NCBI RefSeq assembly: GCF_009914755.1
Contig: NC_060930.1
Origin: the human T2T-CHM13v2.0 reference genome, Homo sapiens
Reading direction: 5' to 3' (one strand)
DNA length: 64,000 nt
The number at the start of each line of letters is the position of its first letter. Positions within the stretch are counted from its first letter, which is position 1. This document shows, one piece after another, positions 14,301 to 29,530 of this stretch. A program made the translations under genes and the position numbers. The notes under the pieces are model-generated. The model saw nothing but the letters and a program-made list of their open reading frames with translations, ran no database searches and was not told the DNA's origin.

Positions 14301-17300
14301 CACATCATGTTCAAATGATCTCCTAAATGGAATGGCTTCCTATCAACCCACGTCACTGGCTTCACCCCACTGTTACCAGGAGCTGGTTCTTGTTGGGCTC
14401 TGGAGGCCAAGAAGGGGCTCCTTCCCTCTGCCCATCAGCAGGTTGCTTGGCACGGTAGGGTGGGTGCCCCCGTGAGACACAGCTTGGGAGCACGAAGCGG
14501 CCGCAGGCCCTGGGCCCAGGCTACGGGCTGGGGAGGAGGGAGGATGAGGCGTGCAGACACTGAAAGGGCGGCTGCAGAGACTTTTTTGTCCAGAAGTAAC
14601 CCAGAGCGAGCAAGTCCCTGTGGGTGAGGACCACGCATGCCCGGTTGGCGCTGATGTGTGGGAAAACGACAAATGGTGCAAGCCACACGGGTCACGTGCG
14701 TCTCCTGTGCTAATCGTGGATTTTCATTTCCTCCGGAGACCCAAATGAGAAAGTAAAAGTGTATGCAGGAGTCAAACCCACTTTCTAGAATGTGGTTAAT
14801 TTCTAGAGGCAGCTGGGTTTCCTGTGGAGAAGACAGGTTTGCCTACGCAGCGTAGAGAGGAGACGGCTGTGTGGGCTCCAGCCCCAGGGGAAGTAGGGCC
14901 CGGGGGTCACCGCGAGGAAGCTCCATCGGCCGCGGCGGCTCTGTGGAATCTGAAGAGCGTGGTCTCACGGCCACCTCCCCCTGCACCAGCCGTGTGGCCC
15001 AAGGTGATGTCTGTGTGCCTTGGTTTCCTGATGCGTAGAACGTAGCCAGCTGGAGGACAGGGGGGCTGTCGGGTTCTTTGTGTGGAGGTCTCCAGAAGGC
15101 TGTTCGTGCTGTAGGCAAATTCCACAAGACCTAGGAGCCAGGACCCCAGGTGCCTTGATGCTGGAGGGAAGAACCTGGCTGAGATGCACCTGCAACTGTT
15201 TGGAGCTGGTGACCTTGGGCCCAGCACACCCTCGCTGCTGGTGGACACAGCCCCTCACGAGCAGCTGCGAGGCCCTCGGGCAGTGGCATGGGCGCCGTCG
15301 CTTCCTGCTAACCCCACATCCTCATTTCCCACGCTTCTCCTTCCACCTTCCATGATCACTGGGACCTACTGCCTCAGGAACCGCCTCAGAGGGACAGAGG
15401 GAAGCAGACCACCCTTTTCTTCAGAGAGTTCATGGCCCAGGGAGGGAACGCTGGCTGGGGACGATCACAAAGCCTCTCTGGTGCCCGGCCAGCGACAGGG
15501 ACCCTCGGGGCTGCGGGGGGAGAGGACGCCCCTGCCCTGGCCGCACAGGGTTGGGTTAGAGGTGAGCTGGGGCCGGAGAAGCCACGGGAGCCATGTGGCG
15601 CCTTCTCAGGAGGTGCTCCCGCAGCTTCGCCTCCTCTCGTCTTCCGTGTGCAGGGAGGGACCAGCCGAGTGACAGCTGGGAGCAAAACTGGTCACCTCCC
15701 CTCGGGCTCTGGGCAACTGTCAACCTGCAGCTTTGAGTCTCTCCCCCTGGAATCTTCTATCTGGGGTATGATAATGTTATTACATACGTTGGTTATTTAC
15801 AGCACAACATGAAAAGGCAATTTGTAAGGACTGGTCCGTCTAATCAGGGCGAATCACCAGTCTTCTGAGGCATCGTATTGAGTTTAGTTTCCGACTGATT
15901 GCTAAATGCCTTCACGCTGCGTGGATATTGCCCAGCTCTGCCTCCCTTGCTGCAGGTGCCCTGTGGATGCTGAGCTTCCACGGAGGGGCTGCTGCCCCCT
16001 CTGCCCCCACAGCTCAGCTCGAGTTCACCAGTGGGGAAGGCCGAGGGCCTGTGGAACGAGGGCTCCGTTCCCCCACCGCAAGGAGTGAACGGCACCGAGG
16101 TTCCCGCCGCCGAGCCGCAGCGCTGTGCAAGCCCCCGATGGGCGACGGACACCAGGCCCCAGCCCAACGCGCTTCCTTTGGCTCCTCCTGAACTGGGGGG
16201 GGGGCCTCGCACCCGCCTTGCCAGGGCCCTGGCATCTGTCTCACTGGCCTTTCTCACCTGGTATTCCAGTGAGGAGGGTGCTTCAGTTTTACTCCCTTTG
16301 AGAGGCAAGATCTTCTCAACCCACAAGAAGAGGCGACCAGGTCCTGGGTGACTGTCGAATAAGCCTGGTCCAACTGGGAACAAGTCTTCTGGGCCCTAAT
16401 TTCCCACATGGTGTTCTTGTCTGACAAAATCACAGCCTTCCACGTTCAAGAATCTTCATTCATCTCTCTCTTTCAGCGAATGTTCCCTAAGCTCTCCCAT
16501 CACTGAGCACTGCTGCCAACAGCCCAGCTGCATGCTACCACTTTGGTTTGATGGAGAGAAGGGCTCAGAACCTCGTGCAAGTGGGAGGCAAGCACAAGTA
16601 CAAAGGCATCTTCCGGAGCCAAGGCGGGGGCGCAGAGGGCCTGTCTCAGTGAGATCCCACTGTCTTCCAGGGTTTGCCACCGCAGCAGTAAGCCCTGGAG
16701 TGGCCCCACACCCTAAGATCCACGGGGGAAAAGGTGGATGTCTCAGCATGGGTTTGTAACATTGTTCTCTTAAATAAGCAGAGGATGCAGAATTAGGAGC
16801 AAGCATTCCGAGGGGTGGCCAGCTGTGGCTTCCGAGGGGCACCTGACCTCCCATCTGCCTTCTGAGCACCAGCTGCCCCAGGTGAGGTGTGTGGAGTTCC
16901 ACAGCTACGATGAGCCGTCGCCATGGAGAACAGCAGCTCACGATTGCTTTGATTTAAATTGAATTAAGGTGAAAATGAATCAGGGCATAACTCTCTTCTT
17001 TCAGCCAGACGTCTTTCTGAACCGGTGTATATATGACTTAAAAAAGTCACGAGGGTTTTGGGCCCAGGGATCAGGCAGGAAGGAAAGGCAGTGCCGTGCA
17101 AGGAGGGGTGGGTTAGAAATTGTATCCAGAACCGCTGTGGCTTGTACTGAAGGAAGAAACTTCGTAGTTCTGCTTCTATTTCTACCACAACACCAAGGAA
17201 GGTGTGTGGGGTGGGGAGCAGGTACACACAGGTCCTTGGTATTACCAGTGGTCCAGGATTGTATAATTCCGCTTATTCTACCCATCCCACAGCCTGACCC

Positions 17301-17657
17301 TGACTCAAGTCCTGCAGCCCCTTGGTGCCCTGAGCCCCCTCCCCTGCCTGTTCCTAAGCAATCAATCACCCTAAGACCCCGTTCTAGGTTTCAGCAGATG
17401 ATGACGAGTTAATCAGACAAATAAGCCATGGGGTAGGCAGGGGTTGTGGGTGCTGCTTCCTGGTCCCTCTGGCAAACCAGAAGGGAGCTGCCTCCCTGCG
17501 GTCCCCACCCTGTCTCCAAGCTTCCCAGCAGAGCCCCACATCCAGCAACTGGGCCCAGCTTTAACCAGACGGAGGAGCAGCCTGACGTCCTGCCAGCCCC
17601 AGAGACAGATGTGGGCACAGGAAGGGAAGGCAGGGAGGAGAGGAAGCCAATAAAAAG

Positions 17658-17900
17658 TGTTAGCATCCGTCAGGGTGACCCTTTGCAGAACCTGCGTCAG
17701 CCTGAGGACGCAGGGAAAGGCTGCGCGGGAGAAGCCGCTGTTAGCATCTGCCAGGGTGACCCTTTACAGAAACTGCGTCAGCCTGAGGACGCAGGGACAG
17801 GCTGTGCGGAGAAGCCGCTGTTAGCATCCGTCAGGGTGACCCTTTACAGAAACTGCGTCAGCCTGAGGACGCAGGGACAGGCTGTGCGGAGAAGCCGCTG
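17658..17900. repeat. 80/81-bp tandem repeat x3 with internal palindromes
   Basis: Units start at 17658, 17739 and 17819. Confidence 0.95.
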
Positions 17901-18620
17901 GCCTTTGCCGCTTGAAAGCTGGGTCCCTGCGGCCTCCTCACCCCAGGGCTCCCTCAGAGAAATTCTCATAGAACCCCTAAGCAATACGCGGGGAAAGAAC
18001 GGATGTCACCCGGAAGCATGCCGAGGAAGAGTCCATTCATGGGAACTTCCAGAGCCGGTCACAGAGGCCAGATCCACGATCAGCTGCATGGCAGGGGCTT
18101 GCCCGCAGGACCGGAACCTTGGTGAGCATCAGCGATGGGCACTGTGTTTCCCCAAGAGTGACCTGGGGTGCCTTCAGGCCAGGCGCAGCTTCTACTCCTC
18201 ATTTATCTCCACCACGCAGAGCAACGTGCGGCACAGACGAAGCACTCAGGGAACATTTAAATGAGTCCGTGGGATGCACCTAAAAGAAATAGAGGTTTCC
18301 AAAGAATAAGCAGGTACAAGTTAGACCCCACAAAAAAGATAGGCAGGCAGGCATTTGTTAAGTCCATTTCATTTCACCCTAGGGTTTTAACATCAAAGTA
18401 TCCCTGTAATGAAGAGGCATTTTGTTACCCAAATTCTCATGTTCTTCAAGAGGGAGTAGAAAGGAAAAAAAGATGAAAAGGGAGAAACAGTACAGCCCCT
18501 ACCTTCAAACTTACTACCCCCACCATACACACACACAGACACACACACAGTAAATGACATGGATATTTATCCAGTCTGCCATAAGACACCTGGCCCCACC
18601 TTATAAATAAGGGAAGCCTG

Positions 18621-18914
18621 GGCCAGCACAGTGGCTCTCAACTATAAGCTCAGTCTTTGGGTGGTCAAGATGGGAGGCTCACTTGAGCCCAGGAGTTTGA
18701 GACTAGCCTGGGCAACATGGCAAAACCCCATCTCTCCAAAAAATACAAAAATTAGCTGGGCATGGTGGTGGCACATTCCTGTGGTTTCAGCTACTCAGGA
18801 GGTTGAGGTGGGAGGATCCCTTGAGTCTAGGAGTTCAAGGCTGCAGTGAGCTGAGATTGTGCCACTGCACCCCAGCCTGAGCAAAAGGAGTAAGACCCTG
18901 TCTCGAAAAAAAAA
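18621..18914 (+). mobile_element. Alu (AluJ-like)
   Basis: Dimer with A tail; agggaagc on both flanks. Confidence 0.9.
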
Positions 18915-19821
18915 GAGGGAAGCTCGGTGCTGGGTATGTCAGAGATGGAAAGACTCTTTCCAGTCTTTATGTCTCATTGGACAACGTGAAGATTCAACTT
19001 CCAGGGCTGCTCAGTAGAGCCAAGTCTGGAAAACAAGCTCGTGGGCACCACATCACAAGCACGTTTTCCCTGGAGCCCGCGTTGTCACTACTGTATTCCC
19101 AACTCCACTCCGAGGGCCTTTCAGGGTGGAGGAGAGAGCTGTGGCCAAAGGCAGTGAGAGGCAGAACCCCCAGCCCAAAAGCCAGATTTCAGCCTCAGGG
19201 ACGAGCCAGGGCTCACCACCCCCGCGACACCGCAGGCCTCTGTGCGGAGACTGTGCTCAGGCCCAGCGCTTGCGCTGGAGAAAAGGCGGAGACATTCAGA
19301 ACCCAGGGGATTCCAGGCTGCCTTCTCCACAAGGGTCAGGTTTGTGGAGGAGAAAGGGGAAGATTCTCCACCCACCAGGCGCCTCCTGGACTGTCAAGAA
19401 CTAACAGGGACTAGATCACCCGAAATAGCAGATCAAATTGAAACAGCATACTTAGCTTTTGGAACGAACCACGAAGCAGGCAGGAGGACCGGAGATTGCA
19501 ACATACTGACCTTCCGAGTCCTGTTTGGGTCAGTTTGTTAAAATTAGTTTGTCCTCCCTGGAGACACGGCCAACGCAGCCTTTTCCGTGGCAGGAGTCCA
19601 AACACAGTCTCTGCTGCTCTCCACGCACGGCAATGGGAAGGCAGCCCTTTCCCCTCCATCACTCCGGGGAGCTCACGTGCGGACAGGGTCCTCTGTAGCA
19701 TCTTTAAATTGGAGGTGACTTTGTACCGTTGGAGCCGGGGGCAGAGTCAGCAGTGACCTCAACAGTTAGGACCAGGATAAGTTCCTTCTGCTGAAAGAGG
19801 ACGTTAAGATGAGAAGGGCTT

Positions 19822-20131
<310 letters not shown>

Positions 20132-20219
20132 TTAATTCCATTTTCCATTTCGGGCCTCATCTCAAGTATTTTTATTTCTTTCTCTTCCTCACCTTCCTGC
20201 CACCATTTGTGGTGGCAAA

Positions 20220-20400
20220 TGTGACATTTCACATTTACACCATTGTCCAGTTTCTCTAACAGCTTGACTTTCTGTGCTATAAACATAAACACTTCCCCTT
20301 TATCCCCTTTAACAAACTGCTGTCTCTCTAGGGGTATCTGCAGGCCTCTTTGACATTTTCAACATTAACTTTAAGCTACTGAGCAAAAAATGAGCAAAAA
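20220..20400 (-). mobile_element. Tigger7/MER44-like transposase 5' fragment
   Basis: - strand translation IAQKVKLLEKLDNGVNVK resembles the CENP-B-type HTH N-terminus of pogo/Tigger transposases. Confidence 0.6.
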
Positions 20401-20705
20401 ACCCAGTCAGGGCTAGAGTGTAATCATGACGAATAAACTGGGGGTTTCATGATATTTCTGACACCTGTTTGACTACAGAGACACTGAACTGTCCTCTGCC
20501 AGGTCCAGCCTGGGCTCTAGAGCCTGCGTCTGAGGCCCCTGCCCCACTCGTTGGGAGCAGCTCCAGGGCTCCCCCACCTCCCTTCCCTCTCCTGTTTCAA
20601 AAGTATTGACTTTGAGGATCAGAAATGGTCCTAACTGTTGCTTTTTCATTTTAACTAAAACTCTCAAATTTAGAGTGTTTTTCCCTTTTCAATACACCTT
20701 TTTAA

Positions 20706-20981
<276 letters not shown>

Positions 20982-23539
20982 TGAAATTCACAAAATCCAA
21001 TTCATACTAATTCTAGAAGAAACAATACTTGCCCTTCTGCAGGTGAGCAATTCCTATTGTAAGCGTCTGACACCAGACGCCCTTCCCCCCTTCTTCCTTC
21101 CTTCCTCTCTCCCCCCACAGGTCAGGGTGGGACAGCGCAAGAGAGAAAGTTGGAGACACCACGAATCCCGTCACAAACACTCTTAGGCCACTTCCATAAA
21201 AGTGTAAGAGGTTCTAGGCATCAGGCTAAAGTACTGCTGTTGAGGTCCATAATGTCTACACCAGGGTGCCACTTGGGGGTTTGGCAAGGCAGGCTGAGGA
21301 GCAGGAAGTAGCAGATTCTGATCCTGTCTCTGAAAAGTGATTTTATTTGTTGAATATCCCAGCACTGAGCTGTGAATTAAGATTCACTAAAGGAATCAAG
21401 GTTCTTGTAAAATATCCAGGACCACAAAGCAGAGATATTTTTCCTTATGGTTCAATAATTTTAAAGTTCAAATTAACTTAAAACAGTAACATGCTTTTCG
21501 TGAATGGTGCTTTGACCATGGGTTTAGACACCGAGGAAGCAGAGGAAGTTGGTGCACAGGAAACAGCCTGGGAGGCCCTTGGCAGCTGAGGCACACGTCT
21601 GCACCTCTTGCCATGGAAGGTTGGCTTGTCTTCTAAAAATCGTATCCGAGGAAGATTCTACCACTTCCTCGATAAACCACTGACAGCCTTGAAGTTTTCT
21701 TCATGCCTCGATCCAACGAGAATGCCCTGTCCTGCAATTTTAGATGATTTCCTCTTACACTGACCTTATTTTCTTTGAGAACGTAATTAATGACATGAGT
21801 CTTGTCATTTTTCTTTTCTGTGCTTTAAAAAAAACAAAAGGTTCTGATGCTCATGTTGCAATACATTTTAAAATGCTGCTTCATTCTGCCTTCCTCAGGT
21901 ACCTCACTCCGGATTCTATTAAAATCGTAATCTCTAGAAGATGGATTCAGCAAATGCCAGGCGTGGAGCCATGAATGTTTCCATAAGAAACAAGAAAAAT
22001 AGAAAGAATGTGTGTTAGCCAGACGACACCTTGATGGCACCCCTGCCACCTCCCCAGCCCTCCTCAGTGGCAAAGTGATTTAGCTCAGTTGGGCTTCTCC
22101 AAAATGGAAATAGTCACTTGTTTGAGCAAATAAATGTAATGAAAGTTGTTCCGGAAAAATTCTAGTACTCTGCACTAATACATATCATCTTAAAAACTTA
22201 TCTCTGAATTGTTTCCAAATGACAAATGTGTAAAGTTTCTAAGTACTTTTTGTTTCCTTATCCTTGTAGTGGAAGATACTACATTCAACACAGACGTACT
22301 GTGTGCCTCCTGCGTGTGAGGCCTGGTGCTCATGGCGCGTGTCCTTGCATGCAAAATTCTACTCTTCATCTTGACGTTTCTAGACATTCAGCTGTTCCTC
22401 AGGAAACGATTTACCTTCCCTCTGCCTTTTCTGTAAAATGCATGGACTGAGGAATTACTAATGCATAACACTTTGTTTGCTGGATACCAAGTAGACGCAC
22501 TCTTACCATATACAGGGCTGTATCTAGGCAGCCAGTTATTAGAATAAAAACAGAATACTATGTTCATCCGCTCAGATAATCCCTGTGTTTGGCTTCATGT
22601 TATGGTTCGAAACTCCTAGTGACATTGGTAAGAGTGAACACGAGAATGAAGCTTCTTTCATGATGAAATGTCCTGAGTGTGTGTCTGTGTGTTCTCAAAT
22701 TATAGCTCACATGGATAGAGAACGTTTTCTTGCTTCAGCCTCAAGTGGGGATTGGGTTGCAGTGGTGAACCAGGGCCAACACAGCCCGCCCTCTTTGAGG
22801 TTGCAGTCTCCTGGGACACACGCCCACTAAACAAACAGCTACACGAATTAATCATGCCACAGGGCAAACTGCAAGAGCACCATCACGTGCGGCAGGTAAC
22901 CCAGGCGGGTCATTTTCGTGGCGGAAGAAGGTCACACTGGAAGTCACCAGACAGATGGAAGATCCCACTCAAAGTCGCAGAGTGGGGGCGGATGGAGAAC
23001 CAGGCTGCCAGGGCGCTGGCTGGAGCCGAGCGGTAACAGACCCGTGGGAGAATAACGAAACGAGGCTCCAAGACAGGCGGGAGCCGGATGGTGCATGACC
23101 TGAGAGGCCAAGTCAAGGATTTTGAACTCCACGCTAAGAGCAGCCGGAAGCCGTTCGCTGGCGCCAGCTGAGCACATGCGCAGAACCGTGCCCTGAAAGG
23201 CACCGTCCCCTGCAGACGGGAGGAGGTGCTCCCAGCACTGCTGCAGACGCTGCCGTTTCCCTTTCAAGGACTCAGCAGAGTGGGCAATCACCTAGGCACG
23301 CCACCAGCGAGCCTGAGACTCTGCTACCAGCGTCCTTGACCGGACTCCCGCTCTCCACCCAGTTTAATTGGCTTGCTTTTGGCCTTGTAAGATTTCTCAT
23401 CTGCGATGTGCGTATGCAACCACAGCAAGCCTCCCTCAGATGCATTCTGCTGTGGGTCACGTCACAGACACGGCGGTCCATACACACCCGGAAACTGTCG
23501 TGTTTGCGTGTGCGTGTATTCACTGTATGGTCCGGCTTA

Positions 23540-24150
23540 ATGCTTTTGCTTATGGGAAGTTTCAAACGTGTACGAAAGAGGAAAGAACACGGAAGTGAGC
23601 GCCCCCATGGGCCACTCCCAGCTGCAGCGACCCCCAGCAGTGCTCGTGGGACTCCCCGTGCCACCGTGCCCGCGGCGGGGGGCTCCGAATCAGTCCCAGG
23701 CCTCGTATTGTTTCATCCATAAATATTTCAGAATTTTCTCTAAAAGATAAGGTCTCTTTTTAAACTGAACAGTAATAACACATCACATCTAAACTATTTA
23801 GCAGGTGCACTTTAAAATCATGTGGATATCCCAGTCAGCGCTTACATGTCTCCAGTGGGTTCATAAAATTTTTAAACTGTTTGAAACAGGAACCAGATCC
23901 AGACGCTGCGATGGATTGATATGTCCGTGTCTCTTTGTATCTATGGGTTCCCCCTCACCATTTTCTTGTTTTTTCCTTGCAATTTATTTGGCTACAGAGT
24001 TCCCTGGATTCGGCTGCGCAGATGCGTGGGGCGTCGAGGAAGGAGTTTTCAGTCCCGTGTTTCCGTAACTGGTAATGAGACTGAGAGCTGTCATCGGATT
24101 CAAGCTCAATGTTCTTAGCAAAACACTTCTCCTCTTTGCTGGTGTTGCTG
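23540..24150 (-). mobile_element. Old L1M(C) 3' fragment
   Basis: tttcatccataaatatttcag…ctctaaaagataagg resembles L1MC 3' ends; heavily diverged. Confidence 0.45.
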
Positions 24151-24570
24151 GCCTGGCATTTAACGTGCCCTTAATGCAAGGAGGAAATGCAAGCGGAGTC
24201 GGGTCTGAGGGGAGTGAGCGCCAGTGCCTCCGCGCAGCTCCTGCTACATCGGTCGCCCTCTTTCCATCCTGGGAACCGCTCAGCGCTTTGAGGTACGCGC
24301 AAGTTAAAAATGCAATCACTACCATAAGGAACCCGGGCTTAGCGGGGGGCAAAGCGGCAAATGAGGGGTCAGCCCACAGGGAGCCCGTGCGGTCCTGCTG
24401 AGCCAGCAGGCGGGACGCGCTTAGAGACGGGGCTGCCCACCGACGGGAAGCGGAGGAGCAGCTTCCGTGACTCCCACGCCCCGTCTGGGGCCATGTTGGC
24501 GTCAAACGGCGACAAAATCATGACAGCTGTGACCCACTGGGTACAAAATAACTCACAAGTCTACACTGAC

Positions 24571-24614
24571 ATGAATGAATGAATGAATGAATGAATGAAT
24601 GAATGAATGAATGA
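24571..24614. repeat. (ATGA)11 microsatellite
   Basis: Perfect tetranucleotide run ~300 bp past the DLL1 poly(A) signal. Confidence 0.97.
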
Positions 24615-24899
24615 GGAACGCTCATTCTTTCTGCGGAAAGAACTAATAAATGCATGGGGGGATGGAATTAGAAAATCGCGGCTGCTTCATGCGCGTGCCT
24701 GCTCTTACCAAGTCACCTCATGATGGCCAGCAAGCAGCTTCCTGAGGGAGGAGAGGAACGGGCTGCTTCTCATGGATCCAGGGAAACCAAAGCCTTGAAA
24801 AGAGAAACACCAAGGCCACCTCTGCCCTCAGCCTCGCGGGCCGCAGGTGAGTGAGCACACCTCCGCTCTAAGGCAAAGCCAAGTAACTACGCCTTCTGG

Positions 24900-25567
24900 T
24901 TGTCATTCATAAAATTTATTTTGGAAAAATATTTTAAAAAGGAATTTCTTCATTAACAAAACAGTAAAAAACTCAAATAACATTTGCACAATATTCCATA
25001 AATACATTTATATACAAAAAAATATAGTCACATAGACCCGAAGTGCCTTTGTACATATTTACCAAAATTTAAATTATAAAAAACGAACATCACAAAATAC
25101 TCAAGCTTTACAGATATCATGAAAAATATTTTTACAAATCCAAAAAATAACACACATCTTTTCCATCTAGAAAAAGCACATCTTCGTATCAAAAAGGACA
25201 ATAAAGGCAGTGTTTGTGTTTCTAATTCAAGAAAAGACTGGCTCATAAGAATCCAAAATATACACTCAGGCAGTGCATGCTTCTTATGCGTAATTCAGTT
25301 CACCCATTTAAATATATATTCTCTTAAGAGCAACTGTCCATAGTGCAACGGCGACGTCACGGAAGGCAGTGCCGCAGGCGGCCGGGCCGCGACAGGCTGT
25401 CGGCAGGCGTCGAGGACCTCAGGAGGAGAACCTGCTCGGTCTGAACTCGGTTTCTCAGCAGCAGTCCACGAGGCCTCCCTCCTCTTCAGCAGCATTCGTT
25501 GGGGCATATATCCTTGGAATTTTACTTATTTTAAGAGAAACGGGAGTCTTGCCATCTCACTTCCATT
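24900..25567 (-). other. DLL1: DLL1 3' UTR
   Basis: Runs from the stop codon to just past AATAAA; AU-rich distal half; the 3' end is approximate. Confidence 0.9.
24915..24920 (-). terminator. DLL1: DLL1 polyadenylation signal AATAAA
   Basis: tttatt on the + strand at the end of the AU-rich UTR. Confidence 0.85.
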
Positions 25568-25573
25568 TTACAC
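25568..25573 (-). CDS. DLL1: DLL1 exon 11 coding part (Val + stop; completes PDZ ligand ATEV)
   Basis: Acceptor CCCAG|GTG TAA; brings the CDS to exactly 724 codons including the stop. Confidence 0.95.
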   Translation of the reverse strand: M

Positions 25574-25603
25574 CTGGGGGGCCACAAGACAAATGGGAAG
25601 TTA

Positions 25604-26745
<1,142 letters not shown>

Positions 26746-27562
26746 TCACGTGTCTCCTCGTAGGTTTGTTCACCAAAAAGTCACTCTGAAGCATCTATCT
26801 GTCTGACACTGTAGAAACCAGACAAACCAAAGACAGTCTGTGGCCTGAATGAGTCCACAGCGCAAGGTGACATGGTTTAGGACCTCAAATACGAGAGGTG
26901 TCCAGGTCTAGCTCTACAAGTCAGAAACCACACGGCCAGCATCTGGACAGGCGCTGTGCAGAACACTCTGGTGGCTGCATTAGTCGCCACAACAGCCGGG
27001 CAAGAGCATGTGCCACTCGACCCAGGTTTCAGATGGGGAAACTGAGGCTTAACGAGGGTGTCCTTGCCCACAGTTACACAGCAAGTGAGAGGAGCAGGCA
27101 CTGACAACAGGGGAGGGAGGGAGGGGAAGGATGACCATTCCGGAATGCTCCGGCACATCTGGGGCCCAGCTCTCCTTGCTGTGTGTCTCCTTTGGGCAGC
27201 CAGCCCCTCGCTGCTAGCAGGAGGCTCTCTGTCCTCACTCAGGGACACCCCCAACTACTGTGCTGGGTGGCCACACAGCTGGGCCATCCTCCCAAGCTGG
27301 AGCGGCCGGCACCTGTGGGCATCACTTACTGAACCCCAGGCGGCCGCAGGTGCCCGAAGCACCTTGTGGCCCTGAGCAAGTCATTCACTGCTTGGTCTAG
27401 GTTTCCACAGAGAACTTCATAACAAATGCCCTGGCCTCTCTCATTCCCCAGGCCTTTCCAGACTCAAAGATAGAGTTTCCATCGAGAATTCCTGGCGGTC
27501 TGGATAAAAGTGATTCATAAACTCGAGGTCACTCACAAATGCTTGTTTTTAATGCCACCTCA

Positions 27563-27829
<267 letters not shown>

Positions 27830-27947
27830 CTACACGATGGAGAGGTCAGAAAAGGCTTTCCAAAGTTGCTCCAAGGAGCCCACACACTCCATTCAACACC
27901 AGGGCACCCCAGCTTCCGGGTGAGATGCCATGGAGCCTCCGACTCAC

Positions 27948-28117
27948 CGTGCAGCTCCCTCCGTTCTTACAAGGGCTGGGGTCACACTCGTCAATCCCCA
28001 GCTCGCAGGTGGCACCTGTGTACCCAGGCCGGCAAGAGCAAGTGTAGCTCCCCTGGCCCGTGTTGGTGCAGGTGGCTCCATTCTTGCAGGGCTTATGGTG
28101 TGTGCAGTAGTTCAGGT
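27948..28117 (-). CDS. DLL1: DLL1 exon 7 (EGF3/4)
   Basis: Acceptor CACAG|AC, donor ACG|GTGAGT; 170 nt. Confidence 0.97.
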
Positions 28118-28262
28118 CTGTGAAGGGTGGGGACAGGAAAAGTAGGAGATAGGAAGCTCGACATCAAATGCAGGAAGACTTTATTTTTCCAGTGATCAAA
28201 CAGCCAGGGAAGTCCAGGGCTGCTCTGGAGGGAGCAGGCTGCCTCAGGGAGAGAAGGCTTAC

Positions 28263-28393
28263 CCTGGTTGCAGAAAAGGCCCCCCCAGCCTTCCTGGCAG
28301 TTGCACTGCCAGGGCTGCTGGCAGGTGCCATGGAGACAGCCTGGATAGCGGATACACTCGTCACAGTACCGGCCCTGCCAGCCCACTCTGCAC
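28263..28393 (-). CDS. DLL1: DLL1 exon 6 (EGF1/2)
   Basis: Acceptor CCAAG|G, donor AGG|GTAAGC; 131 nt; [24 protein letters not shown]. Confidence 0.97.
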
Positions 28394-28489
28394 CTTGGAG
28401 AAAAGCAGAAGACTCAGATGGACGCTGACTGTTGCTGGCTTTGCAGTGGACATTCTCACCCTAGAAACCATCTTCCCGCAGCACCAGTG

Positions 28490-28660
28490 AGCCTCTGGTT
28501 CTCCAGATTAGCAGAACACTGGGTCACCTTGGGAGCTGCAGCCTGGGCCTGGGCCCCACCAGAGGTTCTGGCTTCTTGGGTGTTAGGGCAGCACCAGTGT
28601 CAGCATCTCAAAAATCACTCCCTGAGTGATTCTAGGATGAGGCAACATTTGAGAACCATT
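28490..28660. mobile_element. MER5-like hAT MITE in DLL1 intron 5
   Basis: ggttctcca…gggccccacc…gtgattcta…tttgagaaccattg. Confidence 0.55.
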
Positions 28661-28930
28661 GAACTATACTATCATTTCCTGTGCCAACTCTTTTTAAACT
28701 ACTATCTGTAAATTCTCATAGCCGTTAAGGGGCTTAGACGAATGACAACTCCATGACCTTACATGCTGCCAAACATTGATTAAGTAGAAACATGAGAAAA
28801 CGGCCCCCTGTTCAATCAATCTTACTGGAGTTTTTCGAATGATCACCTAGGGCTGTTTTTACAAATACACCAGCTGTGAAAAGATAACAAGAAAAGGCAA
28901 CAAAACAAAACACCACCTTGTGCAGACTTA

Positions 28931-29083
<153 letters not shown>

Positions 29084-29349
29084 TCAGTCAGCAAATCCCA
29101 GCTGAGTTAATCTTCCCAGGTTGTGGAGGACTGACCCCCCTGCCTAGTAGCCTGGGACTTGACTCAGCCCTGGGGATGAGCATTCTTCTTAACACAGGGG
29201 CTCAAGGACAAAAGGGCTCTCGGAAGCCCCCACCCCCACCCTATCCCCTTTTCTTCTAAGAGAGGGTCAGAAGTCTTCCCCCTCCTCCTCCCCCACTTCC
29301 CAATTCTGTGCACAAAGCTCCACCTCTTAATATCCCAGAAAGTGTGTGT

Positions 29350-29496
29350 GCAGATAAGAGTGGACAGCTGGTATGCAGGGTGCCAGGGCAGGACAGCTGC
29401 TCCATTGTCTGTCCTCCACGGCAGCTGCCCCAGCGCAACAATGCCGGCCTCCCCCGCGCCCCCGGCCCCACCTCCTCACACACACCCCTCGCGTGT

Positions 29497-29530
<34 letters not shown>

